From Malacoraja senta (lineage: Eukaryota): 64,000 nt of DNA. Under the pieces are notes generated by a model that did not search any database, had not been told where the DNA came from, and worked only from the letters and a program-made list of their open reading frames with translations. The stretch lies in contig CM075996.1 in the NCBI GenBank assembly GCA_038087875.1, forward strand, positions 5,830,001 to 5,894,000, given 5' to 3'. A program made the position numbers and the translations under genes. This document shows positions 1 through 13,335 of this stretch, one piece after another. How positions within the stretch are numbered: the stretch's first letter is position 1; the number at the start of each line of letters is the position of its first letter.

Positions 1-1324
1 TACTTTGACCTATTTCTGTGCTGTGATTAATTATTTAATCAATTTTATCTCCGCTGTACTAGTTATTTTCGGGTGCAAACCTGTGAACTCCAGTCCTCTG
101 CCCTTTTCCCCATTGTTGTGCTTTTTATGTGTTTGGTTGTGATCGAATTCGCTTCTAAAAACCATGATTGAATCTATCCCAGTTTCCATCGGCCAGTGCA
201 TTCCAGATGCGAACTGCTGCTCGCATAAAGTTATTTTTATTTTACGAATTATCTTTAAATCAGCAAAGAATTACTGTGAGAGTGAAGGCAAGGCTGGTGA
301 AGATATTAAAATGGAAAATGACAGACTGTGACGGGAAGGGACAGAAAGTACAAATCAAAGGGTAGATCAGTTGATAAAACTCGCAGTTTAAATAAACATG
401 ACAAAGATAAGGGTTCTGTTTCTGAGGAGATGTAACCTTTGAAACAAAACAGATGAACTCCGAGTGCAATTAAAAATAAATATGATCTCATAAAGCCTAA
501 TACAGAGAAGTGGTTGCATAATGTACATTAGGATCTAGAACATTGACATATAAGGATAAGAAACGAGGATAAGATAGAGAAATGCGTCATAACAACTCAT
601 GATGGTCATAGTGCAATAGAGAGCAATGATGTAAGTTCAGGACAGCAGCTGTAGAAGTAATTTGTCCCTGTTTTGCCATATTGTTGTTTAACATTAATAA
701 TTTCTGAAGCCAACTTTCTAAAGGACTAGAATTAAAGATGTATAAAATTTCATATTTCGGACCACCTTTATTTCCTGCTTGAAGTTTTACTTTTTTTTCG
801 TCTTTTATTGTTTTCTGCCGTTTTTTATTCTCTTCTCTTCTGACCGGTCACCTGCCTTTTCACAAATGTTTTAGCATTTTCAGATAACAAGTGGTTGGTA
901 CTTCCCTTGACATTTTACGTTGGCAAATGAACATATAGGTATTTCGCACCAGTCTTCACGATAGAGAAGTTTGGGTAAAAACTTCTCCCAAAGTTTGAAG
1001 AAGGGTCTGAAGAAGGGTTTCGGCCCGAAACGTTGCCTATTTCCTTCGCTCCATCGATGCTGCTGCACCCGCTGAGTTTCTCCAGCATTTTTGTGTACCT
1101 TCACGATAGAGAATGTGGGTAACATCCTAAAAATAGCTGTCATGAAGAATTGGAAGGGAAAGAGGAACGCTGAACAAATACTGTCATTAAGCAAGTGATT
1201 GTGAGTCGAGTTGTGGGCAGACAAGTCTCTGGGTCCAGATGAACTTCATCTTATGAATTCTTTTTTTTTTAAAGCTGGTTTTCCTAGATTCAGGGAAGAT
1301 TCTATTAAATTGGAAAATAGCAAA

Positions 1325-2015
1325 CGGAACTTCCCATCTCCAACCCTTTCTGCTTTCCGCAGAGACCGTTCCCTCCGTAACTCCCTGGTCAATTCAGCCC
1401 TTCCCACCCAAACCACCCCCTCCCCGGGTACTTTCCCTTGCAACCGCAGGAAATGCAACACTTGTTCCCCCTCCCACCTCGACTCCATTCAAGGACCCAA
1501 TCAGTCTTTCCAGGTGAGGCAGAGGTTCACCTGCACCTCCTCCAACCTCATCTACTGCATCCGCTGTTCTAGGTGTCAACCTCTCTACATCGGTGAGACC
1601 AAGGGCAGGCTCGGCGTCGCTTCGCTGAACACCTCCGCTCAGTCCCTGTTAACCAACCTGATCGCCCGGTTGCTCAACACTTCAACTCCCCCTCCCATTC
1701 CCAATCTGACCTTTCTGTCCTGGGCCTCCTCCATTGCCAGAGTGAGGCCCAGCGCAAATTGGAGGAACAGCATCTCGTATTTCGTTTGGGTAATTTGCAC
1801 CCCAGCGGTATGAACGCTGAATTCTCTAATTTTAGATAGCCCTTGCTTTCTCCCTCCTTCCCCTCCCCTTCCCAGTTCTCCCACAAGTCCTACTGTCTCC
1901 GCCTACTTCCTTTCTCTCTCTCCCCCCCCTCCCCCGACATCAGTCTGACCCAAAACGTCGCTTATCCCTTCTCTCGATAGATGCTGCCTCTCCCGCTGAG
2001 TTTTTTGTCTACCTT
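1325..2015 (+). mobile_element. Penelope-like retroelement 3' fragment (GIY-YIG endonuclease end plus terminal repeat), degenerate
   Basis: ORF 1211..1813 has PGTFPCNRRKCNTC...FTCTSSNLIYCIRCSRCQPLYIGET, the CCHH-linker plus GIY-YIG pattern of Penelope elements. It is followed by a pyrimidine tract and the terminal motif repeated across the window. Confidence 0.85.
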
Positions 2016-2024
2016 CTTGGTTTA

Positions 2025-2305
2025 GTTTTAGTGTAGTGATACAGCATGGAAACAAGCCACTTTAGCACACCAAATCCTCGACCAACACCTAATTCTATCC
2101 TACACACCAGGGACAATTTTCAGTAGCCAATTAACCTACAAACCTGCACTCTTTGGGATATTGGAGGAGACCGGAGCACCCAGCGAAATCCCACACGGTC
2201 GCTGGGAGAACGTACAAACTTCATACAGACAGCACACATAGTCAAGAGCGAACCAGGGTCTCTTGCGCTGTAAAGCAGCAACTCGACCGCTGTGCCACTG
2301 CGCCG
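2025..2305 (-). mobile_element. tRNA-derived V-SINE/HE1-type SINE
   Basis: The reverse complement shows a tRNA-like head (GGCACAGCGGTCGAGTTGCTGC), the central GGTTTGTAGGTTAATTGG and a (CTAAA)n tail; more than 12 homologous copies occur in the window. Confidence 0.75.
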
Positions 2306-2929
2306 CTCTTAATTCTAAGAGAGCGGGAGACAGAAAAACGGAAAGGCCAGTTAGCTTAACGTCTGTCATAGGGAACATTTTAGACAGTCATCAAAGGTTA
2401 TGGCAGGAACATGCAAAGTTCAAGATAATCAAGCAACGTCAATGTGGTTTTGTGATGAGGAAGTCATGCGTGACTCACTTAACAAACTAATTTGAGAAGT
2501 AATAGATCTCTGGATGAAGGGATACTGGCGGGTTTACAGAAGGCATGAAAAGTTATTGCTACAAACAAAATCACATGGTGTAGGATGAAACATTGGCAGG
2601 CTCATAGAAAACAGTGTGTTCAGAAATAAAACAGGGAAGTTAATGCTTCAGTTATATAGAACATTGATTAGACTTTATCTTGAGTACTGTATTGGATTCT
2701 GCGTTTAAGGAAGGATTTTTGATGTCCGGAATTAACCCATCCCCTTCCAAATGGAAGTAAATCCTATCCCGAAAAACGCTCTCCAGTGCCTTCTCTACCA
2801 CTGACGTGAGGCTCGTTGGCCTCTGATTCCCTGGATTATCTCTACCCCTCATCACATCTCTACTCCTTTCCACATTGATGGGGATGGGGAAGAGCAGAGG
2901 CAGAAGGACACCATTTCTTGCAGCTTTCC

Positions 2930-3367
2930 GTGTGTGTGTGTGGGCCCCTGTGTGTGTGGGCCCCTGTGTGTGTGGGCCCCTGTGTGTGTGGGTGTGTGTC
3001 TGTGTGTCATTGTGTCTCGCTGTGTGTGTGTGTCTCTGTGTCTGTGTGTGTGTGTGTGTCTCTGTGTGTGTCTCTGTGTGTGTGTCTCTGTGTGTGTGTC
3101 TCTGTGTGTGTGTCTCTGTGTGTGTGTCTCTGTGTGTGTGTCTCTGTGTGTGTGTCTCTGTGTGTGTGTCTCTGTGTGTGTGTCTCTGTGTGTGTGTCTC
3201 TGTGTGTGTCTCTGTGTGTGTGTCTCTGTGTGTGTGTCTCTGTGTGTGTGTCTCTGTGTGTGTGTCTCTGTGTGTCTCTGTGTGTGTGTCTCTGTGTGTG
3301 TGTCTCTGTGCGTGTGTCTCTGTCTCTGTCTCTGTCTCTGTCTCCGTCTCCGTCTCCGTCTCCGTCT
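2930..3367. repeat. Compound (TG)n / (TCTGTGTGTGTG)n microsatellite
   Basis: Directly visible; it explains the low-complexity ORFs here. Confidence 0.95.
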
Positions 3368-3610
3368 CCTTTTCCACCACAACCAGTTAACAGTGCTCGC
3401 CACTCCAATCACTGCCGCGCATTTTTATATCTATCTAATATTTATATAAAAAAGAATTTGACTCCATCTAAAGTAGTATCCGTTGGGTATGGGAGGGCCA
3501 TGGACACTGGTTAGAGCAGCAACCCAGCTCCCAAGGTTCCCCATCTTCTCGTGGCGCTCGTGGTTCCGACCCGGCGCCGTGATCTGACTGTCCAATTTGC
3601 TCTGGTGCAG

Positions 3611-3718
3611 GACACGGGCTTGTACTACGATCGCTACCTCCGCGAAGTGATCGATGTCCTGGAGACTGACACCCACTTCCGTGAGAAGTTGCAGACGGCC
3701 AATGTAGAAGACATCAAG
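3611..3718 (+). CDS. NUCB1: Nucleobindin-1 coding exon (nesfatin-1-like region; [36 protein letters not shown])
   Basis: cag|GAC ... AAG|gtcagt, 108 bp, phase 0/0; close to mammalian nucleobindin as recalled. Confidence 0.95.
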
Positions 3719-3993
3719 GTCAGTGGGGGGGGGGGGGGGGGGGGAATGGAGGGGAGCTGTGAGCTGGATCAGCGGACGTCATGTTGGGTTGACAGGGTGG
3801 GTCCAGCTTTGACTCATGAATCCACACTCTGATTCTGAACTTGTTTTGGAATTGGCACGGAGAGACTGAGGATCAGCGGCCCAGGTCCAAGAGGCGAGGA
3901 GGGAGAGAACCATATAGTCTGGGATTTGACTAAGGGAGGACTGTTGGCCTGGAGTTTAATGTAGAGTTGGAGAATCGAAGGGGGAAGGTGTAA

Positions 3994-4316
3994 TGGCCCT
4001 GTCCCACGGTACGAGTTCATTCCAAGAGCTCTCCCGAGTTAAAAAAAAATCTAACTCGTGGTAAGCACGGAGAATGAACGTAGCGGGTACGTCGGAGTTC
4101 GGGGATGTCTCTTAGCGGCTCGTAACGCTAACGGCGGGTAGTCGGGTAGACTCGCTAACGGCAGGTAAGCTCGGGAAGACTCGTGAAGATTTTTCAACAT
4201 GTTGAAAAATGTCCACGAGAGCCCCGAGTACTGACGAGCGGCCATTACCATAGAGTTCGAATCAGGGCAAACTCGGGAGAGCTCTTGGAATGAACTCGTA
4301 CCGTGGGACAGGGCTT
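3994..4316. mobile_element. PIF/Harbinger-type MITE
   Basis: About 45-bp terminal inverted repeats (GCCCTGTCCCACGGTACGAGTTCATTCCAAGAGCTCTCCCGAGTT); TAA target duplication at 3991-3993 and 4317-4319. Confidence 0.8.
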
Positions 4317-4723
4317 TAAGGGAGGATTTCGGTGGGCAGGGGGGGCAATGGGAAAATGAGACTGGACAGAACTGCAAACAGGGATCAGGTATTGTGTTTG
4401 GGGGGGGGGGGGGGTCTCGGTGTCTGGTGACATTGGCAGGGGCCCTGGCACCTGAAGACATGAAACTGTTGGCTTCTTGAATTAGGGTAGAACTGCAGCT
4501 TCTCAGGGTCTTGAATGGGGGAGGAATTGCTGGCAGGGTATTGGAATAGTACATGGGGTCACATTCTTGTGGGGATGGCATTAGAGTTGGGGGCAGATTG
4601 TGGCAATGGTGAAGGGATGGGGTTTGGGGAAATCGGTGTTACAAGGGACGATGGTGTACTGTTAGGCTCCGAATCGGTGGCTTGGGTTGTCCCTTGTTAT
4701 TGAAATGCTGGTTCATTCCACAG

Positions 4724-4856
4724 AGTGGGAAGCTGAGTACAGAGCTGGATTTTGTCAGTCACCACATCCGAACCAAGCTGGATGAGCTGAAGCGGCAGGA
4801 GGTGTCCAGGCTGCGGATGCTGATCAAGGCCAAGATGGACGCCGAGCAAGGAGAGA
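4724..4856 (+). CDS. NUCB1: NUCB1 exon ([44 protein letters not shown])
   Basis: cag|AGT ... GAGA|gtgaga, 133 bp, phase 0/1; contains the dibasic KR processing site. Confidence 0.95.
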
Positions 4857-6120
4857 GTGAGAGCCCTTTCTTGCATTAGCTTGGACTCTTCTTCCCAGGG
4901 GCCGGGAGTCAGAAACTACAGGGCTTAGGTTTACGCTGTGAAGGGAAAAAAATTAATAGGGACATGGAGGGCAACTTTTCCCACAGAAAGGGTGGTGGGT
5001 TTATGGAACGGGCTGCCAGAGGAAGTGGTAGAGGCAGGAACATCCTTGTGGGCATGGCATTGGAGTTGAGGGAAGATTGTGGGAATGGTGAAGGGAAGGG
5101 GTTGTGGGGAACCACAGTGGAGGGTTTCACTGGGTACGAGGAGTGATGGCAGGCTGTCAAGTGAAATCAATAGAATTTATTGTCATGTGTCCCAGATAGG
5201 ACAATGAAATTCTTGCTTTGCTTCAGCACAATATAGTAGGCATGAATACAGAACATATCAGGCTCCGACTTGGTAGCCTTGGTGGTTCCCTTGTCATTGA
5301 CATTTAAAAAGGCACTTGGACAAGTACATGGATAGGTGTGTGGGCCAGGTGCTGCAAGTGTGACTAGCTCGTTTTGGCAACTTGGTTGCCGCGGATGAGT
5401 TGGGCGGAGGGGCTTGTTTCCGTGCTATCCAGCTCCACCACTGTTGTTCTCAGGGTGGGGAAGGGAAAGTTATTCACCGGGCATAGTGTTAATGATGTCT
5501 GTTGGTTGGAGTGAATTCCAGGACTGCATAACCTCCATAAGTGAATGAAAGGGGTGGAATAATGGCCTGGGGTTTAGTGGAGGGTCGGAGAGTTAGACAA
5601 TAGACAATAGGTGCAGCAGTAGGCCATTCGGCCCTTCGAGCCATTCAATGTGATCATGGCTGATCATCCCCAATCAGTACCCCGCTCCTGCCTTCTCCCC
5701 ATATCCCCTGACTCCGCTATCTTTTAGATGTTGGGTGAATTGATGGGGAAAGATAGGGAAAGGGGAAAGATGTAAGGGGGAGGGGGTTTGGAGGAGGCGG
5801 GGGGGGGGCCAATGGGAGAATGTGATGAGACAAAATTGCAAATGATAATCAGGTATTGTGGGTGGGGAGGGGGGGGGGTTCTTGGTGTTTGTCTGGTGAC
5901 ATTGGGAGGGGCCCTGGCACATGAACTCAGGCAACTGTTGACTTCTTGAGTTAGGGTAGAACTGCTGGTTTTCAGGGTCTTGAGTAGGAATGGGGGGGTT
6001 AGGGGGGAGGAAATGCTGGCAGTATTGGGGTAGCACAAGGGGTCACATCATTGTGGGCATGGTGTTAGACTTGAGGAAAGATTGTGGGAATGGTGAAGGG
6101 GAAACCACAGGCAAGGTGAC

Positions 6121-6390
6121 TTTAGCTTTAGAAATACAGAGCAGAAACAGGCCCTAAGGCCCACCGAGCGATGCCCCCCCACACTAACACCATCCCACAC
6201 ACACTGGGGACAATTTTCCATTTTTACCAAGCCAATTAGCCTGCAGACCTGCACGTCTTTGGAGTGTGGGAGTAAACCAGAGAAAACCCACGCAGGTCAC
6301 GTGGAGAACATACAAACTCCGTACAGGCAGCACCTGTAGTCGGGATCGAACCCAGATCTCAGTTGCTGTGAGGCAGCAACTCTACCGCTG
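6121..6390 (-). mobile_element. V-SINE/HE1-type SINE
   Basis: Homologous to the other copies; tRNA B-box-like GGGTTCGATCC on the minus strand. Confidence 0.75.
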
Positions 6391-6475
6391 TTTGGTCAAG
6401 CAGTATTAAACCTGGTGGATTTATCAGTCCCAACTTGAGCTCGGAGTTCACCCATTTCCCCTCGCGTCTTCCCAG

Positions 6476-6579
6476 GTGTGCAGATCGATCACCTGAACCT
6501 ACTGAAGCAGATTGAACATCTGGATCCGAAGAATGCCCACACCTTCGAGGCTCGAGACTTGGAGCTGCTGATCCAAGCG
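6476..6579 (+). CDS. NUCB1: NUCB1 exon ([34 protein letters not shown])
   Basis: ccag|GT ... GCG|gtgggt, 104 bp, phase 1/0; DHLNLLKQ and [13 protein letters not shown] favour NUCB1 over NUCB2. Confidence 0.95.
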
Positions 6580-7381
6580 GTGGGTGTGCATGTTGTGAGC
6601 TGTTCGGCTGCCGTTGGGTATCTTAATGGGAGAAACTCGGCTCGGAGAGATGTTTCCACTGGTGGGAGAGTCTAGGACTAGAGGTCATAGCCTCAGAATT
6701 AAAAGGATGTTATTTTAGGAAGGAGATGAGGAGGAATTTCTTTCGTCAGAGGGTGGTGAATCTGTGGAATTATTTGTGGATGCTGACAGTGGATATGTTT
6801 AAGGCAGAGATAGATAGATTCTTGATTAGTATGGGTGTCAGAGGTTATGGGGAGAAGGCAGGAGAATGGGGTTAGGAGGGAGAGATAGATCAGCCATGAT
6901 TGAATATGTTTAGGAAGGAACTGCAGGTGCTGGTTTAAAAACTGGAGTAACTCAGCGGGACAGGCAACATCTCTGGAGAGAAGGAATGGGTGAAGAAATC
7001 TCTGGAGAGAAGGCAGCATCTCTGGAGAGAAAGAATGGATGTTTCGGGTCGAGACCCTTCCTCAGACTGATTAGAGATAAGAGATTCTTGATTAGTGCGG
7101 GTGCCAGGGGTTATGGGGAGGCAGGAGAATGGGGTAAGGAGGGAGAGATGGATTAGCCATGATTGAATGGCGGGGTAGACTTGATGGGCCGAATGGCCTA
7201 ATTCTGCTCGTATCACTTATGATCTTGTGAGCCCTGAAGGTGGAGATGGAAGGAAGGGCAGTGGCTGGTGGTGGGCCCAGTGGGGGCGAGCAGTGGTGAA
7301 ATAGTGGACAGGGACTTCAGCCACTCTTCCTCCTGCTGTACAATGGAGTGACTGACGCTCAGTACTGGTGTGGATCTGCAG

Positions 7382-7567
7382 GCCACCAAAGATCTGGAGC
7401 ACTACGACCAAGCCCACCACGAGGAGTTCAAACGCTACGAGATGCTGAAGGAGCACGAGAGGCGGGAGTACCTCAAATCTCTGGACGAGGAGAAGCGCAA
7501 CGTGGAGGAGGCTCGGTTCCAGCAGATGAAGGAGAAACACAAGGAACATCCGAAAGTCAACGTGCCG
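7382..7567 (+). CDS. NUCB1: NUCB1 exon ([31 protein letters not shown]...HPKVNVP)
   Basis: gcag|GCC ... CCG|gtgagg, 186 bp, phase 0/0. Confidence 0.95.
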
Positions 7568-8061
7568 GTGAGGGCAGAGGGTGCATGGGCACGGGGGCGG
7601 GAGGATGGTGTCGACCTTTGACTCGGGCAAACGAGAGAGAACCATCCTTCAGTGCCACCAGAAGCTTGCTCGTTCATTGGGTGATCGCCAGCCCTGACCC
7701 TCCACCCATCCAAAATAACTGATCCATTCACAATATTCATGCAAACTGACCTTTTACCTCCAGTCTAAATTGCTCAGCCACTCACTTGCAATTTCTATTA
7801 TTTTGATTGATTAAAAAAATGCAGCATAGAAACGGGTCCTTCGGTCCACAAAGTCCACGCTGACCATCGATCACCCATTCACACTGGTTCTATGTTACAC
7901 CACTTTCGCGTCCGCTGCCTACACCCCAGGGGCAATTTTACAGAGGCCAGTTAACCTACAAACCCGCACGTCTTGGGCGTGTGAGAGGAAACCGGAGAAC
8001 CCGGATGAAGGTCACAGAGAGAACATGCTAACTTCATGTAGATAGCACCCGAGCCCAGGAT

Positions 8062-8816
8062 CAATAGACAATAGGTGCAGGAGTAGGCCATTCGGTTCCT
8101 CGAGTCATTCAATGTGATCATGGCTGATCATCCCCAATCAGTACCCCCTTCCTGCCTTCTCCCCATATCCCCTGACTCCGCTATTTTTAAGAGCCCTATC
8201 TAGCTCTCTCTTGAATGCATCCAGAGAACCTGCCTCCACCGCCCTCTGAGGTGGAGAATTCCACAGACTCACCACTCTCTGTGAGAAAAAGTGTTTCCTC
8301 ATCTCCGTTCTAAATGGCTTACTCCTTATTCTTAAACTGTGGCCCCTGGTTCTGGACTCCCCCAACATCGGGAACATGTTTCCTGCCTCTAGCGTGTTCA
8401 AACTCTTAACAATCTTATATGTTTCAATGAGATCCCCTCTCATCCTTCTGAACTCCAGAGTGTACAAGCCCAGCTGCTCCATTCTCTCAGCATATGACAG
8501 CCCCGCCATCCCGGGAATTAACCTTGTAAACCCACGCTGCACTCCCTCAATAGCAAGAATGTCCTTCCTCAAATTAGGGGACCAAAACTGCACACAATAC
8601 TCCAGGTGTGGTCTCACTAGGTCTCTGTACAACTGCAGAAGGACCTCTTTGCTCCTATATTCGATTCCTCTTGTTATAAAGGCCAACATGCCATTCACTT
8701 TCTTCACTGCCTGCTGTACCTGCATGCTTACTTTCATAGACTGATGAACAAGGACCCCCAGATCCCGTTGTACTTCCCCTTTTCTCAACTTGTCGCCGTT
8801 TAGATAGTAATCTGCC
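8062..8816 (-). mobile_element. CR1/HER1 LINE 5'-truncated copy, inserted in a SINE
   Basis: ORF 8138..8872 has [15 protein letters not shown]...RTRGHSL...FFSQRVVSLWNS (CR1 ORF2 C-terminus) and a (CTATTGT)n tail; SINE halves flank it. Confidence 0.9.
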
Positions 8817-9110
8817 TGGATGGAACCCGGGTCTCTGTTGCTGTGAGGCGGCAACTCTACCAGCTGCACCATTGTGCCGCCCTTACTCTACACTTCACTG
8901 GCTTCTGTCACAAATACTCCATCCAATTCAGGAACATGAACCCTCCTTTGGTTAATAGCATTGTACTTGCTTGCACCTTTCCTATAGAGTCACCTTCTGT
9001 ACGTATCCATCAAACTTCTGGGATACAAGGAGATTGTTTTGATCGGGGGTTTGAAGTGAAGGGTTGGCAGGAGCGCTTGTTGATGGCCTTTGTTTTTGTC
9101 TCTGTGACAG

Positions 9111-9201
9111 GGGAGCCGGGACCAGCTGAAGGAGGTGTGGGAGGAAACGGACGGTCTCGACCCCAACGAGTTCAACCCAAAGACTTTCTTCAAACTGCAT
9201 G
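9111..9201 (+). CDS. NUCB1: NUCB1 exon ([30 protein letters not shown])
   Basis: acag|GGG ... CATG|gtaaac, 91 bp, phase 0/1. Confidence 0.95.
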
Positions 9202-10044
9202 GTAAACAGCAAGGGGTTCCTTCGCCAGACCCACTGTATTCCCTCGTTCCCACTCTGTTTCCAGTCTCACATGGTCAAGGGAGACCTATCGACATCTCTC
9301 TATCCCTAGTCCACCCCTTTTGATCTACCTATGTGGTCTCCATCCCTCTCCCAACATCGCGGAGTCCTGTGACCCTTTGTCGGGGGTCGCCAGCGTGAAT
9401 CCCCGACCAGCTCGGCCTGTGGACTTCGGGAGCTGCGGACTTCGGGAGCTGTGGGAGGTGGCCAATTTAGAGGTCCGGGCCGCTGAGGATGTTCCACCAT
9501 TCCCGGCGAGAGGGCCTGAACATCGGACCACCCGTAGCAGCGACTACGGGGTGCTCGGGAGGCCCCGACCACGGGTGAACATCTGGGAAGATCAACGAGG
9601 AGGTCGACTGGACTTTGGTTCCTTCCCTCACAGTGGGGAACTTTGGTGCCGCTGTGGGGATGTTTGTGTTTTGGACTTCTGTGTTTTGTGCTTTTTAAAA
9701 AATTTGTATGACTGTAAGGAAAATAGCATTTCGTTGTCTCTTATGAGACAATGACAATAAATTGAATCCGAATCCGAATCCGAAAATCTATCAACCCACT
9801 CTCACTGATCCCTTGTCCCTTCCGTAGCCCACCCCACTGGGAACTTGGTGTAGCCCCTCCCCTGACCTCCTCTATCTCCCAGTATCTCTCTGTGACTCCC
9901 AACCCAATACTTCACCCAATCTCGAGGCTCGTGAGTCCTTCCCCAGTGTCGTTGTTCATCCTACCTCCTATGTCAGATCTTGTACCAGGTGCTGTTCTGT
10001 CCTTAAATCTTACCGAGCATCTCCTCATCTCGTCTCTTTCGCAG

Positions 10045-10103
10045 ATACGAACAACGACGGCGTGTTGGACGAGCAAGAACTTGAAGCTCTGTTTACAAAA
10101 GAG
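10045..10103 (+). CDS. NUCB1: NUCB1 exon, EF-hand 1 (DTNNDGVLDEQELEALFTKE)
   Basis: gcag|AT ... GAG|gtgagg, 59 bp, phase 1/0; canonical EF-hand loop. Confidence 0.95.
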
Positions 10104-11095
10104 GTGAGGGGCTGAACCTTTTGAGCCATGTCTCCAGACCTGGTGTGCATTGACAGTGGTGGCCCTGATCCTCTTCACCAGCTGTGTGTGAGTGTGGCAG
10201 TGCATGTGGTCACTGCGACCCGCGCGCACCCCACAGGTACATCTCTGCTGTGTTGTCTAAACGCTGACAGGCTGACTTATGGGTGATGCTGTGACTATAT
10301 GTGGAGGCATGTAACGGCTAGTTACCTTTGATAGAGAGAGCGATAGAGTGTGTTTCCTTTTGCAGGCCCAGGTCCTTCTGAGCAATCACTCTCCACTTGC
10401 CTAAATCTCCCCCCTTCCCCCTCGAGTATTTTCACCCAATTTCTGCTGTACTCATTCATTTAGGGGATCTGGGCACCACTGACAATGCCAGGGCTTACTG
10501 CCCCTCTCTGGATGGCCCTGAACAGAGTGGTTTGCTCAGCCATTTCAAAAGAAATGTAATAGTCAATGTCCTGGGATGTGTCTAGAGTCCTAACCGTGTC
10601 AAGGCATCAGGTTGGTTTCCATGGCAGTCTGGTAACTTTTGAGATCGCGATGATGATGTTTTCTCCAAATGCCAAATTATTAACCGAGATTCAATTCCCT
10701 ATTGACCATGATGGGATTTAAACTCCATCCAGGTCTTGCCATTGGTCATCCAGGCCTTTGGAGGAACTGTCTGCAAATCTAACTGCTGTGCCACCAACGT
10801 ACCCCATTGAATTTGAGGTGCTGTTCACACGGGTCTTCTTAGAGCTAATCCTCTGGTAGGTAGGCAGGATCTCCTGTTGGACTGCTCGGGTATCGGTAAG
10901 GCAATGGTGACCTTCCTTGACCCAGGCTTCAGATCGTGGCCGATCTCAGAAGGTGCTCCTCGCATGTTTTTACCAAGTGTTTGGGAGGGTTGCAGTGAGG
11001 GGTTTTAATTGCCCGTGTCTCAGTCGCTGTGTGATTTGCAGGGCCCTGTAGATATTAATAAAAACGTGTTGTTTTTTTTTTTGCATCACGTGAAG

Positions 11096-11188
11096 CTGGA
11101 GAAAGTTTACGATCCCAAAAACGAGGAGGATGACATGTTGGAGATGGAAGAGGAGCGGCTGCGGATGAGGGAGCATGTGATGAATGAG
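11096..11188 (+). CDS. NUCB1: NUCB1 exon ([31 protein letters not shown])
   Basis: gaag|CTG ... GAG|gtgagt, 93 bp, phase 0/0. Confidence 0.95.
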
Positions 11189-12644
11189 GTGAGTTTGGTC
11201 CTGGGCTCAGAAAGCTGAGCCAGACGTGTATAAATACCCGGGGGGGGGGTCTGTCACTGTTCCTTAACGATTCATTTTTATACAGTGTAATGTTGCAATC
11301 ACTCCTTTGCTGGAGTGCAGGATTGTGATCCCATCAAGATGTAATGACTCAAACTGCTGGAGTAACTCAGTGGGTCAGGCAACATCCCTGGAGAACATGG
11401 ACATGTGATGTTTCAGATAGGGGCCCCATCTTCAGACTTCTTCAGTGTCTGATGATGGGTCCCAACCTGAAACATCACCTATCAGTGTTCTCCAGAGAAG
11501 CTGCCTGAACCACTGAGTTACTCCAGCACTTTGTGTCCTTTAGTGTATACTAGCACCTGCAGTTCCTTGTTTCCACAGGGTGCAATGACTAAATGCTATA
11601 CCGCATGACTAGTCAGTTTAGTTGAATCTAAGTTAAGGGTCAAACATTCCTGCTGCAGCATCAGTACTTAGAATCATACAGCATGGAAATAGGCCCTTCG
11701 GCCCAGCTCATCCATGCTGACCAAGATGCCTCATCTAAGCTTGCCCATTTACCTGCATTTGATCCACATCCCTCTCATCCTTTCCGATCCATGTATCTGT
11801 CCAAGTGTCTTTTAAATGTCTAACGTCACATGAGGAAGGGTCTTGACCTGAGACGTCACCTCTGTGTTCTCCAGAGATGCTGCCTGACCTGCTGACTTAC
11901 TCCAGCATTTTGTGTACCTTTTGAGTAAACTAGCATCTGCAGTTCCTTGTTTCTGCTCTGCTGCAAATGGTGAGAATGTCCTAACTCCACACAGACAGCA
12001 CCCGAGCCCAGGATGGAACCCGGCTCTCTGGCACTAGAGCCTGCTCCACCATTCAGGAAGATTGTGGCTAATCTGATACCTCACTACCTCCGTTGCCCTG
12101 ATCATATCCTGTCATTCCTTCAGTCTGCACAAATGTATTAATTTTGATTCGATACGAAGGAGGGAAATTGATTTGCCAACGGTCATTAAAAAAAAATGCA
12201 AAATACATGAAATAAACGTATAACAACTGAACATCCACGGTTCTTAGACTGGGAGAGTTTCTGAGCTCCATTGCCCTCTCAGTAAGTAATTTCTCCTCAT
12301 CTCATCCCACTATCCCAATATTTAAGAAACAGACAAGTACATGGATAGGACAGTTTTTGATGGGATATGAGCCAAGCGCAGGCAGGTGAGACTAGTGTAC
12401 CTGGGACATGTTGGCCGGTGTGGGCAAGTTGGGCCGTAGGGCCTGTTTCCACGCTTTACGACTCTGACCCAGCCTGAAGTGGCCACTATTTCTCAACTCG
12501 CCTTTGGGTTGCAATTGGGTTACTTCTTACTCGTCTAATCCAGGGAATACAGGCTCCTTCTACTCAATCTGCCACTTCTTTGTAGTCTCCTGATTTTTGT
12601 TTTCTGTTTAATTCTGAGATGTAGTGTCAGAAGGTGACTGCTCT

Positions 12645-12998
12645 ATTGACACGCTAGAGGCAGGAAACATGCTCCCAATGTTGGGGGAGTCCAGAACCAG
12701 GGGCCACAGTTTAAGAATAAGGGGTAAGACATTTAGAACGGAGACGAGGAAACACTTTTTCTCACAGAGAGTGGTGAGTCTGTGGAATTCTCTGCCTCAG
12801 AGGGCGGTGGAGACAGGTTCTCTGGATGCTTTAAAGAGAGAGCTAGATAGGGCTCTTAAAGATAGCGGAGTCAGGGGATATGGGGAGAAGGCAGGAACGG
12901 GGTACTGATTGGGGATGATCAGCTATGATCACATTGAATGGCGGTGCTGGCTCGAAGGGCCGAATGGTCTACTCCTGCACCTATTGTCTATTGTCTAT
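12645..12998 (+). mobile_element. CR1/HER1 LINE 3' fragment
   Basis: [14 protein letters not shown]...LWNSLP peptide and the shared 3' UTR and tail. Confidence 0.85.
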
Positions 12999-13245
12999 CT
13001 TGGTAATCCTTGGAGTGTGAATATCTCTTTCGCTCTCTCTCCTGCTCCCTCTGTTCTACTGTCTCTAATCAGCAAGGCATTTCTATGTCAAGAGCAGCTG
13101 GACGTTATTGGGAATTCATGTCCTGATCTCGCTCTCCCATTACAAACCTGGAGATATTGTCCCTGGAATGGACAGACAATGTCTCCCGGCCAGGACTCCT
13201 GACTGCATGATTCTTCACCTCACTGACCATCTACTTGCCTGGCAG

Positions 13246-13335
13246 GTCGACACCAACAAGGATCGGCTGGTCACCCTGGAAGAATTCCTGAAATCCACAG
13301 AGAAGAAGGAGTTCCTGGAGCCGGAGGAGTGGGAG
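13246..13335 (+). CDS. NUCB1: NUCB1 exon, EF-hand 2 / GBA motif (VDTNKDRLVTLEEFLKSTEKKEFLEPEEWE)
   Basis: gcag|GTC ... GAG|gtcagt, 90 bp, phase 0/0. Confidence 0.95.

Noticed and set aside
1..980. NUCB1 signal-peptide exon or promoter
   Set aside because: AT-rich sequence with no matching ORF or CpG island; these probably lie upstream of the window.
2652..3514. Long ORFs rich in HT/VC dipeptides
   Set aside because: Artefacts of the TG microsatellite.
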